Assembly (NCBI GenBank): GCA_032718475.1
Contig: JAUCBJ010006506.1
Coordinates: 52,953-116,952, forward strand
Reading direction: 5' to 3'
DNA length: 64,000 nucleotides
Source of the DNA: Nemertoderma westbladi
Taxonomy: Eukaryota; Animalia; Xenacoelomorpha
The number at the start of each line of letters is the position of its first letter. Position 1 is the stretch's first letter. The notes below the pieces were generated by a model, which made no database searches, was not told where the DNA came from, and worked only from the letters and a program-made list of their open reading frames with translations. A program made the translations under genes and the position numbers. This document shows, one piece after another, positions 40,901 through 52,874 of this stretch.

Positions 40901-43900
40901 CAGCTGTAAGGAAATAAGTAAGAACCAATGATTGGGAAAGGTCAACAGCTGTAAGGAAGTAAGTAAGATACAATGATAGGGAAAGGTCACCAGCTGTAAG
41001 GAAGTAAGTAAGATACAATGATGAGGAAAGGTCAACAGCTGTAAGGAAATAAGTAAGAACCAATGATTGGGAAAGGTCAACAGCTGTAAGGAAGTAAGTA
41101 AGATACAATGATAGGGAAAGGTCACCAGCAGTAAAGGAAGCAAGTAAAATACAATGATAGGGAAAGGTCACCAGCAGTAAAGGAAGCAAGTAAAATACAA
41201 TGATAGGGAAAGGTCACCAGCAGTAAGGAAATAATTAAGAACCAATGATTGGGAAAGGTCAACAGCTGTAAGGAAGTAAGTAAGATACAATGATAGGGAA
41301 AGGTCACCAGTTGTAAAGGAAGCAAGTAAAATACAATGACAGGGAAAGGTCACCAGCAGTAAAGGAAGCAAGTAAAATACAATGATAGGGAAAGGTCACC
41401 AGCAGTAAAGGAAGCAAGTAAAATACAATGATAGGGAAAGGTCACCAGCAGTAAAGGAAGCAAGTAAAATACAATGATAGGGAAAGGTCACCAGCAGTAA
41501 AGGAAGCAAGTAAAATACAATGATAGGGAAAGGTCACCAGCAGTAAAGGAAGCAAGTAAAATACAATGATAGGGAAAGGTCACCAGCAGTAAAGGAAGCA
41601 AGTAAAATACAATGACAGGGAAAGGTCACCAGCAGTAAGGAAGTAAGTAAAATACAATGATAGGGAAAGGTCACCAGCTGTAAGGAAGTAAGTAAGATAC
41701 AATGATAGGGAAAGGTCACCAGCAGTAAAGGAAGCAAGTAAAATACAATGACAGGGAAAGGTCACCAGCAGTAAAGGAAGCAAGTAAAATACAATGATAG
41801 GGAAAGGTCACCAGCAGTAAAGGAAGCAAGTAAAATACAATGATAGGGAAAGGTCACCAGCAGTAAAGGAAGCAAGTAAAATACAATGATAAGGAAAGGT
41901 CACCAGCTGTAAGGAAGTAAGTAAGATACAATGATAGGGAAAGGTCACCAGCTGTAAGGAAGTAAGTAAGATACAATGATAGGGAAAGGTCACCAGCAGT
42001 AAAGGAAGCAAGTAAAATACAATGATAGGGAAAGGTCACCAGCAGTAAAGGAAGCAAGTAAAATACAATGATAGGGAAAGGTCACCAGCAGTAAGGAAGT
42101 AAGTAAAATACAATGATAGGGAAAGGTCACCAGCAGTAAAGGAAGCAAGTAAAATACAATGATAGGGAAAGGTCACCAGCTGTAAGGAAGTAAGTAAAAT
42201 ACAATGATAGGGAAAGGTCACCAGCAGTAAAGGAAGCAAGTAAAATACAATGATAGGGAAAGGTCACCAGCTGTAAGGAAGTAAGTAAAATACAATGATA
42301 GGGAAAGGTCACCAGCAGTAAGGAAGTAAGTAAAATACAATGATAGGGAAAGGTCACCAGCTGTAAGGAAGTAAGTAAGATACAATGATAGGGAAAGGTC
42401 ACCAGCAGTAAAGGAAGCAAGTAAAATACAATGATAGGGAAAGGTCACCAGCAGTAAAGGAAGCAAGTAAAATACAATGATAGGGAAAGGTCACCAGCTG
42501 TAAGGAAGTAAGTAAGATACAATGATAGGGAAAGGTCACCAGCAGTAAAGGAAGCAAGTAAAATACAATGATAGGGAAAGGTCACCAGCTGTAAGGAAGT
42601 AAGTAAGATACAATGATAGGGAAAGGTCACCAGCAGTAAAGGAAGCAAGTAAAATACAATGATAGGGAAAGGTCACCAGCAGTAAAGGAAGCAAGTAAAA
42701 TACAATGATAGGGAAAGGTCACCAGCTGTAAGGAAGTAAGTAAGATACAATGATAGGGAAAGGTCACCAGCTGTAAGGAAGTAAGTAAAATACAATGATA
42801 GGGAAAGGTCACCAGCTGTAAGGAAGTAAGTAAAATACAATGATAGGGAAAGGTCACCAGCAGTAAAGGAAGCAAGTAAAATACAATGATAGGGAAAGGT
42901 CACCAGCAGTAAGGAAGTAAGTAAAATACAATGATAGGGAAAGGTCACCAGCAGTAAAGGAAGCAAGTAAAATACAATGATAGGGAAAGGTCACCAGCAG
43001 TAAAGGAAGCAAGTAAAATACAATGATAGGGAAAGGTCACCAGCTGTAAGGAAGTAAGTAAGATACAATGATAGGGAAAGGTCACCAGCAGTAAAGGAAG
43101 CAAGTAAAATACAATGACAGGGAAAGGTCACCAGCAGTAAAGGAAGCAAGTAAAATACAATGAGGGGGAAAGGTCACCAGCTGTAAGGAAGCAAGTAAAA
43201 TACAATGATAGGGAAAGGTCACCAGCAGTAAGGAAGTAAGTAAAATACAATGATAGGGAAAGGTCACCAGCAGTAAGGAAGTAAGTAAAATACAATGATA
43301 GGGAAAGGTCACCAGCTGTAAGGAAGTAAGTAAAATACAATGATAGGGAAAGGTCACCAGCAGTAAGGAAGTAAGTAAAATACAATGATAGGGAAAGGTC
43401 ACCAGCTGTAAGGAAGTAAGTAAGATACAATGATAGGGAAAGGTCACCAGCTGTAAGGAAGTAAGTAAAATACAATGATAGGGAAAGGTCACCAGCTGTA
43501 AGGAAGTAAGTAAAATACAATGATAGGGAAAGGTCACCAGCAGTAAAGGAAGCAAGTAAAATACAATGACAGGGAAAGGTCACCAGCAGTAAAAGAAGCA
43601 AGTAAAATACAATGATAGGGAAAGGTCACCAGCAGTAAGGAAGTAAGTAAAATACAATGATAGGGAAAGGTCACCAGCAGTAAAGGAAGCAAGTAAAATA
43701 CAATGACAGGGAAAGGTCACCAGCAGTAAAGGAAGCAAGTAAAATACAATGACAGGGAAAGGTCACCAGCAGTAAAGGAAGCAAGTAAAATACAATGATA
43801 GGGAAAGGTCACCAGCAGTAAGGAAGTAAGTAAAATACAATGATAGGGAAAGGTCACCGGCAGTAAGGAAGTAAGTAAAATACAATGATAGGGAAAGGTC

Positions 43901-46900
43901 ACCAGCAGTAAGGAAGTAAGTAAAATACAATGATAGGGAAAGGTCACCAGCTGTAAGGAAGTAAGTAAGATACAATGATAGGGAAAGGTCACCAGCTGTA
44001 AGGAAGTAAGTAAAATACAATGATAGGGAAAGGTCACCAGCTGTAAGGAAGTAAGTAAAATACAATGATAGGGAAAGGTCACCAGCAGTAAAGGAAGCAA
44101 GTAAAATACAATGATAGGGAAAGGTCACCAGCAGTAAGGAAGTAAGTAAAATACAATGATAGGGAAAGGTCACCAGCAGTAAGGAAGTAAGTAAAATACA
44201 ATGATAGGGAAAGGTCACCAGCTGTAAGGAAGTAAGTAAGATACAATGATAGGGAAAGGTCAACAGCTGTAAATAAGTAAGTAAAATACAATGATAGGGA
44301 AAGGTCACCAGCTGTAAGGAAGTAAGTAAAATACAATGATAGGGAAAGGTCACCAGCAGTAAGGAAGTAAGTAAAATACAATGATAGGGAAAGGTCACCA
44401 GCTGTAAGGAAGTAAGTAAGATACAATGATAGGGAAAGGTCACCAGCAGTAAAGGAAGCAAGTAAAATACAATGATAGGGAAAGGTCACCAGCAGTAAAG
44501 GAAGCAAGTAAAATACAATGATAGGGAAAGGTCACCAGCTGTAAGGAAGTAAGTATGATACAATGATAGGGAAAGGTCACCAGCAGTAAAGGAAGCAAGT
44601 AAAATACAATGACAGGGAAAGGTCACCAGCAGTAAAGGAAGCAAGTAAAATACAATGATAGGGAAAGGTCACCAGCAGTAAAGGAAGCAAGTAAAATACA
44701 ATGACAGGGAAAGGTCACCAGCAGTAAAGGAAGCAAGTAAGATACAATGATAGGGAAAGGTCACCAGCTGTAAGGAAGTAAGTAAGATACAATGATAGGG
44801 AAAGGTCACCAGCAGTAAAGGAAGCAAGTAAAATACAATGACAGGGAAAGGTCACCAGCAGTAAAGGAAGCAAGTAAAATACAATGACAGGGAAAGGTCA
44901 CCAGCAGTAAAGGAAGCAAGTAAAATACAATGATAGGGAAAGGTCACCAGCAGTAAAGGAAGCAAGTAAAATACAATGATAGGGAAAGGTCACCAGCAGT
45001 AAAGGAAGCAAGTAAAATACAATGATAGGGAAAGGTCACCAGCTGTAAGGAAGCAAGTAAAATACAATGATAGGGAAAGGTCACCAGCTGTAAGGAAATA
45101 AGTAAGAACCAATGATTGGGAAAGGTCAACAGCTGTAAGGAAGTAAGTAAGATACAATGATAGGGAAAGGTCACCAGCAGTAAAGGAAGCAAGTAAAATA
45201 CAATGATAGGGAAAGGTCACCAGCTGTAAGGAAGTAAGTAAGATACAATGATAGGGAAAGGTCACCAGCAGTAAAGGAAGCAAGTAAAATACAATGACAG
45301 GGAAAGGTCACCAGCAGTAAAGGAAGCAAGTAAAATACAATGATAGGGAAAGGTCACCAGCAGTAAAGGAAGCAAGTAAAATACAATGATAGGGAAAGGT
45401 CACCAGCTGTAAGGAAGTAAGTAAAATACAATGATAGGGAAAGGTCACCAGCAGTAAAGGAAGCAAGTAAAATACAATGATAGGGAAAGGTCACCAGCAG
45501 TAAAGGAAGCAAGTAAAATACAATGATAGGGAAAGGTCACCAGCTGTAAGGAAGTAAGTAAGATACAATGATAGGGAAAGGTCACCAGTTGTAAGGAAGC
45601 AAGTAAAATACAATGATAAGGAAAGGTCACCAGCTGTAAGGAAGTAAGTAAAATACAATGATAGGGAAAGGCCACCAGCAGTAAAGGAAGCAAGTAAAAT
45701 ACAATGATAGGGAAAGGTCACCAGCAGTAAAGGAAGCAAGTAAAATACAATGATAGGGAAAGGTCACCAGCTGTAAGGAAGTAAGTAAGATACAATGATA
45801 GGGAAAGGTCACCAGCAGTAAAGGAAGCAAGTAAAATACAATGATAAGGAAAGGTCACCAGCAGTAAAGGAAGCAAGTAAAATACAATGATAGGGAAAGG
45901 TCACCAGCAGTAAAGGAAGCAAGTAAAATACAATGATAGGGAAAGGTCACCAGCTGTAAGGAAGTAAGTAAGATACAATGATAGGGAAAGGTCACCAGCA
46001 GTAAAGGAAGCAAGTAAAATACAATGATAAGGAAAGGTCACCAGCAGTAAAGGAAGCAAGTAAAATACAATGATAAGGAAAGGTCACCAGCAGTAAAGGA
46101 AGCAAGTAAAATACAATGATAGGGAAAGGTCACCAGCTGTAAGGAAGTAAGTAAGATACAATGATAGGGAAAGGTCACCAGCAGTAAAGGAAGCAAGTAA
46201 AATACAATGATAGGGAAAGGTCACCAGCAGTAAAGGAAGCAAGTAAAATACAATGATAGGGAAAGGTAAACAGCTGTAAGGAAGTAAGTAAAATACAATG
46301 ATAGGGAAAGGTCACCAGCAGTAAAGGAAGCAAGTAAAATACAATGATAGGGAAAGGTCACCAGCTGTAAGGAAGTAAGTAAGATACAATGATAGGGAAA
46401 GGTCACCAGCTGTAAGGAAGTAAGTAAGATACAATGATAGGGAAAGGTCACCAGCTGTAAGGAAGCAAGTAAAATACAATGATAAGGAAAGGTCACCAGC
46501 AGTAAAGGAAGCAAGTAAAATACAATGATAGGGAAAGGTCACCAGCTGTAAGGAAGTAAGTAAGATACAATGATAGGGAAAGGTCACCAGCAGTAAAGGA
46601 AGCAAGTAAAATACAATGATAGGGAAAGGTCACCAGCAGTAAAGGAAGCAAGTAAAATACAATGATAGGGAAAGGTCACCAGCTGTAAGGAAGTAAGTAA
46701 GATACAATGATAGGGAAAGGTCACCAGCAGTAAAGGAAGCAAGTAAAATACAATGATAGGGAAAGGTCACCAGCTGTAAGGAAGCAAGTAAAATACAATG
46801 ATAGGGAAAGGTCACCAGCAGTAAGGAAGTAAGTAAAATACAATGATAGGGAAAGGTCACCAGCTGTAAGGAAGTAAGTAAGATACAATGATAGGGAAAG

Positions 46901-49900
46901 GTCACCAGCAGTAAAGGAAGCAAGTAAAATACAATGATAGGGAAAGGTCACCAGCAGTAAGGAAGTAAGTAAAATACAATGATAGGGAAAGGTCACCAGC
47001 AGTAAGGAAGTAAGTAAGATACAATGATAGGGAAAGGTCACCTGCTGTAAGGAAGTAAGTAAGATACAATGATGAGGAAAGGTCAACAGCTGTAAGGAAA
47101 TAAGTAAGAACCAATGATTGGGAAAGGTCAACAGCTGTAAGGAAGTAAGTAAGATACAATGAGGGAAAGGTCACCAGCTGTAAGGAAGTAAGTAAAATAC
47201 AATGATAAGGAAAGGTCACCAGCAGTAAAGGAAGCAAGTAAAATACAATGATAGGGAGAGGTCAACAGCTGTAAGGAAATAAGTAAGAACCAATGATTGG
47301 GAAAGGTCAACAGCTGTAAGGAAGTAAGTAAGATACAATGATAGGGAAAGGTCACCAGTTGTAAAGGAAGCAAGTAAAATACAATGATAAGGAAAGGTCA
47401 ACAGCTGTAAGGAAATAAGTAAGAACCAATGATTGGGAAAGGTCAACAGCTGTAAGGAAGTAAGTAAGATACAATGATAGGGAAAGGTCACCAGTTGTAA
47501 AGGAAGCAAGTAAAATACAATGACAGGGAAAGGTCACCAGCAGTAAAGGAAGTAAGTAAGATACAATGAGGGAAAGGTCACCAGCTGTAAGGAAGTAAGT
47601 AAGATACAATGATGAGGAAAGGTCAACAGCTGTAAGGAAATAAGTAAGATACAATGAGGGAAAGGTCACCAGCTGTAAGGAAGTAAGTAAAATACAATGA
47701 TGAGGAAAGGTCAACAGCTGTAAGGAAATAAGTAAGAACCAATGATTGGGAAAGGTCAACAGCTGTAAGGAAGTAAGTAAGATACAATGAGGGAAAGGTC
47801 ACCAGCTGTAAGGAAGTAAGTAAAATACAATGATGAGGAAAGGTCAACAGCTGTAAGGAAATAAGTAAGAACCAATGATTGGGAAAGGTCAACAGCTGTA
47901 AGGAAGTAAGTAAGATACAATGACAGGGAAAGGTCACCAGCAGTAAAGGAAGCAAGTAAAATACAATGACAGGGAAAGGTCACCAGCAGTAAAGGAAGCA
48001 AGTAAAATACAATGATAGGGAAAGGTCACCAGCAGTAAGGAAGTAAGTAAAATACAATGATAGGGAAAGGTCACCAGCTGTAAGGAAGTAAGTAAGATAC
48101 AATGATAGGGAAAGGTCACCAGCTGTAAGGAAGTAAGTAAAATACAATGATAGGGAAAGGTCACCAGCAGTAAAGGAAGCAAGTAAAATACAATGATAGG
48201 GAAAGGTCACCAGCAGTAAAGGAAGCAAGTAAAATACAATGATAGGGAAAGGTCACCAGCAGTAAAGGAAGCAAGTAAGATACAATGAGGGAAAGGTCAC
48301 CAGCTGTAAGGAAGTAAGTAAGATACAATGATAGGGAAAGGTCACCAGCTGTAAGGAAGTAAGTAAGATACAATGATGAGGAAAGGTCAACAGCTGTAAG
48401 GAAATAAGTAAGAACCAATGATTGGGAAAGGTCAACAGCTGTAAGGAAGTAAGTAAGATACAATGATAGGGAAAGGTCACCAGTTGTAAGGAAGCAAGTA
48501 AAATACAATGATGAGGAAAGGTCAACAGCTGTAAGGAAATAAGTAAGAACCAATGATTGGGAAAGGTCAACAGCTGTAAGGAAGTAAGTAAGATACAAGG
48601 ATACGGAAAGGTCACCAGTTGTAAGGAAGTAAGTAAGATACAATGAGGGAAAGGTCACCAGCAGTAAAGGAAGCAAGTAAAATACAATGATAGGGAAAGG
48701 TCACCAGCAGTAAAGGAAGCAAGTAAAATACAATGATAAGGAAAGGTCACCAGTTGTAAGGAAGTAAGTAAAATACAATGATAAGGAAAGGTCACCAGCA
48801 GTAAAGGAAGCAAGTAAGATACAATGAGGGAAAGGTCACCAGCTGTAAGGAAGTAAGTAAGATGCAATGATAGGGAAAGGTCACCAGCTGTAAGGAAGCA
48901 AGAAAAATACAATGATAAGGAAAGGTCACCAGCAGTAAGGAAGTAAGTAAGATACAATGATAGGGAAAGGTCACCAGCAGTAAAGGAAGCAAGTAAGATG
49001 CAATGATAGGGAAAGGTCACCAGCTGTAAGGAAGCAAGAAAAATACAATGATAAGGAAAGGTCAACAGCTGTAAGGAAGTAAGTAAGATACAAGGATAGG
49101 GAAAGGTCACCAGCAGTAAAGGAAGCAAGTAAGATGCAATGATAGGGAAAGGTCACCAGCTGTAAGGAAGCAAGAAAAATACAATGATAAGGAAAGGTCA
49201 ACAGCTGTAAGGAAGTAAGTAAGATACAAGGATAGGGAAAGGTCACCAGCAGTAAAGGAAGCAAGTAAGATGCAATGATAGGGAAAGGTCACCAGCTGTA
49301 AGGAAGCAAGAAAAATACAATGATAAGGAAAGGTCAACAGCTGTAAGGAAGTAAGTAAGATACAATGATAGGGAAAGGTCACCAGCTGTAAGGAAGTAAG
49401 TAAAATACAATGATGAGGAAAGGTCAACAGCTGTAAGGAAATAAGTAAGAACCAATGATTGGGAAAGGTCTACAGCTGTAAGGAAATAAGTAAGAACCAA
49501 TGATTGGGAAAGGTCAACAGCTGTAAGGAAATAAGTAAGAACCAATGATTGGGAAAGGTCAACAGCTGTAAGGAAGTAAGTAAGATACAATGATAGGGAA
49601 AGGTCAACAGCTGTAAGGAAATAAGTAAGAACCAATGATTGGGAAAGGTCAACAGCTGTAAGGAAGTAAGTAAAATACAATGATTGGGAAAGGTCACCAG
49701 CTGTAAGGAAGTAAGTAAGATACAAGGATAGGGAATGGTCACCAGCTGTAAGGAAGTAAGTAAGATACAAGGATAAGGAAAGGTCACCAGCTGTAAGGAA
49801 GTAAGTAAAATACAATGATAGGGAAAGGTCACCAGCAGTAAAGGAAGCAAGTAAAATACAATGATAGGGAAAGGTCACCAGCAGTAAAGGAAGCAAGTAA

Positions 49901-51081
49901 GATACAATGAGGGAAAGGTCACCAGCTGTAAGGAAGTAAGTAAGATACAATGAGGGAAAGGTCACCAGCTGTAAGGAAGTAAGTAAGATACAAGGATAGG
50001 GAAAGGTCACCAGCAGTAAAGGAAGCAAGTAAGATGCAATGATAGGGAAAGGTCACCAGCTGTAAGGAAGTAAGTAAGATACAATGATAGGGAAAGGTCA
50101 CCAGCTGTAAGGAAGTAAGTAAAATACAATGATGAGGAAAGGTCAACAGCTGTAAGGAAGTAAGTAAAATACAATGATAGGGAAAGGTCACCAGCTGTAA
50201 GGAAGTAAGTAAAATACAATGATAGGGAAAGGTCACCAGCAGTAAGGAAGTAAGAAAAATACAATGATAAGGAAAGGTCAACAGCTGTAAGGAAGTAAGT
50301 AAGATACAATGATAGGGAAAGGTCACCAGCTGTAAGGAAGTAAGTAAAATACAATGATAGGGAAAGGTCACCAGCTGTAAGGAAGTAAGTAAAATACAAT
50401 GATGAGGAAAGGTCAACAGCTGTAAGGAAGTAAGTAAAATACAATGATAGGGAAAGGTCACCAGCTGTAAGGAAGCAAGAAAAATACAATGATAAGGAAA
50501 GGTCAACAGCTGTAAGGAAGTAAGTAAGATACAATGATAGGGAAAGGTCACCAGCTGTAAGGAAGTAAGTAAAATACAATGATAGGGAAAGGTCACCAGC
50601 TGTAAGGAAGTAAGTAAAATACAATGATGAGGAAAGGTCAACAGCTGTAAGGAAGTAAGTAAAATACAATGATAGGGAAAGGTCACCAGCTGTAAGGAAG
50701 CAAGAAAAATACAATGATAAGGAAAGGTCAACAGCTGTAAGGAAGTAAGTAAGATACAATGATAGGGAAAGGTCACCAGCTGTAAGGAAGTAAGTAAAAT
50801 ACAATGATAGGGAAAGGTCACCAGCTGTAAGGAAGTAAGTAAAATACAATGATGAGGAAAGGTCAACAGCTGTAAGGAAGTAAGTAAAATACAATGATAG
50901 GGAAAGGTCACCAGCTGTAAGGAAGTAAGTAAAATACAATGATGAGGAAAGGTCAACAGCTGTAAGGAAGTAAGTAAGAACCAATGATTGGGAAAGGTCA
51001 ACAGCTGTAAGGAAGTAAGTAAGATACAATGATAGGGAAAGGTCACCAGTTGTAAGGAAGCAAGTAAGATACAATGATAGG
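37941..51081. repeat. Intronic satellite C, 45/46-bp monomer, about 290 copies, overlapping the exon-2 acceptor
   Basis: Consensus + strand GGAAAGGTCACCAGCTGTAAGGAAGTAAGTAAGATACAATGATAG (45 bp) and a 46-bp variant with CAGCAGTAAAGGAAGC. One degenerate copy follows at about 51095-51137. Confidence 0.99.
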
Positions 51082-51285
51082 CATATTTATCGCCCTGTAA
51101 GTAAGGTGAAGTACAATGTATGTGAAGGGTCATCAGCCCACCCCATTTATTAGACAAGACCGGTCATATGGCAACGACAATAAGTTGTTGTGATTAGTAA
51201 TTAGTGACTATTTATCGCCTATATTGGCTTTTATGGTATTATATTATCATTTACACTACTGCCTGACAAATAGTAAAATTCTCAC

Positions 51286-51513
51286 CTGAAGTAGTCTAAG
51301 TATAAGAACGCCAGGTAAGGCGATGACATAAATAGTTGAAATAGAAAGGTTGAAGGGTCGCAAAATGAGTCCAATCACAGTACCAATTACGCAAAACAAA
51401 AGAATTAGTATGACTAGTAGATTAGAACGCAATAATCGCCGTAAACAACTCTTAGTACATCTCCCTCCACAGAATCTCGGTTCTGAGACCGCCAAAACCG
51501 CTTCCTTCTCCAT
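51286..51513 (-). CDS. SLC1/EAAT-family transporter, first coding exon (228 nt)
   Basis: ATG at 51513. MEKEAV...SNLLVILILLFCVIGTVIGLILRPFNLS...IALPGVLILRLLQ|gtgag resembles EAAT TM1 and 'FPGELLMRMLQ'. It joins exon 2 as RLLQ|LVILP. Confidence 0.93.
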
Positions 51514-52874
51514 CACGACAATATATCAATCAATTAATATAAAATATTTGGTAAATCCATGTATTAGTGAACTGAAAGACAATTATAATAAATTAGTGAT
51601 CAAAATATTCAGACAATTTGAACTATTCATAGAAAACTAATACTAATTCCAATTCAAGAAATAGATATGGTTTATTCTTTATACAACCACTGACACAGCT
51701 GTACATTTTGCCAACATGTAGGCCTACGGCCTACACAATACGAACTGCACTGAACGCACATACAGTAGTCTTATTGGATAGTCGAATCATTTACAACAAT
51801 ATGCGATGCAAACAGCAGTACCGAAGCATTGTAACGCAACTTGCTACTTAGTGCCAGCAATCAACTCGACCCACAAATAAACCCTGGATTTATTTCCCTT
51901 CCGGTTATATGGTTAACTTTCAACGCTAATCAAAAATAGCGCAACTTTATTCTCCCTTGGACTTCCACAACACACACAGTCATCTATAGCAGGGCCTGTT
52001 GTACTTATAACTCAGTATCGAAGATTAAATATACTCTTTTACTGCCATGGCTGATCGGCTGATAACAAAGTCCCAGAGTTTCTCTCCCGGACTATCAGTT
52101 GCCCGTACATATCGTCCCGACTGACTTTTATTCCCGGACACTTCGACTCGGACTTTAGTCTTTCCTGACCCTTTCACGGACTTTCTCGCACGCATTCTAT
52201 ACACACACACGTGTATAGACGAAGTCTAACACGAAGATATGCATGATAGGCATGCGATGATATTGTCTTAGGAAATACAGGTTTGATCATCGATGCAGAA
52301 TAATATTACAGTATCAACGAATTTCAACATACTGTAGTAAATATAATTGTGTGTGTTCTGAAGAAATTAAAGAATACATATAGACAAAAAATAAAATGAT
52401 CAATAACACAACAATAACGCAAACAGTATCGGTGCCGACGACACACAATATTAAAGCAGAATGGTGTATAACACTGTATAAGAGTAAAATTAGTCACCAT
52501 GTAAATCTTAGACTGAATAACACGAGGCCTTTCAATTAACTAATGATCTTTTGTTATTGGACGCACCTTGATAACATGACAATATGAAGGCCTTGATATG
52601 CCAGGATGGGATTTGTCTTGGCCTTTGTTACCATTTGTAAATGTAAAGATAGACCAGCAACCAAGTGCATAATGGTACAAGGTAGAACCATATTTGTTAG
52701 GACGTGCTATTCATTCATTTCGTCGACCCATTCTGTACGTTTAAGTGGCAATTAGTAAATGGTAGTTGAAAGTTTAATAATGCGAAACTTACAAAACTAA
52801 CTACAATAGGCAAATGGATTTTATTACTTGTTTAGTTATGGAATACAATGTAATTAATGGGGGCCGTACAATGT

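Noticed and set aside
37941-51081. Nuclear-receptor half sites (AAAGGTCA/AGGTCA) in satellites C and A
   Set aside because: More simply explained as the reverse complement of the TGACCT branch-like boundary. There is no independent support.
38073-51157. Dozens of hydrophobic ORFs (LVTFPYHCILL.../TAGDLSLSLY...)
   Set aside because: A 45-bp unit lacks stops in two frames, and the 46-bp units swap frames at random. The region is intron 1 of the SLC1 gene.
51350-51640. 96-aa plus-strand ORF
   Set aside because: Antisense shadow of SLC1 exon 1.
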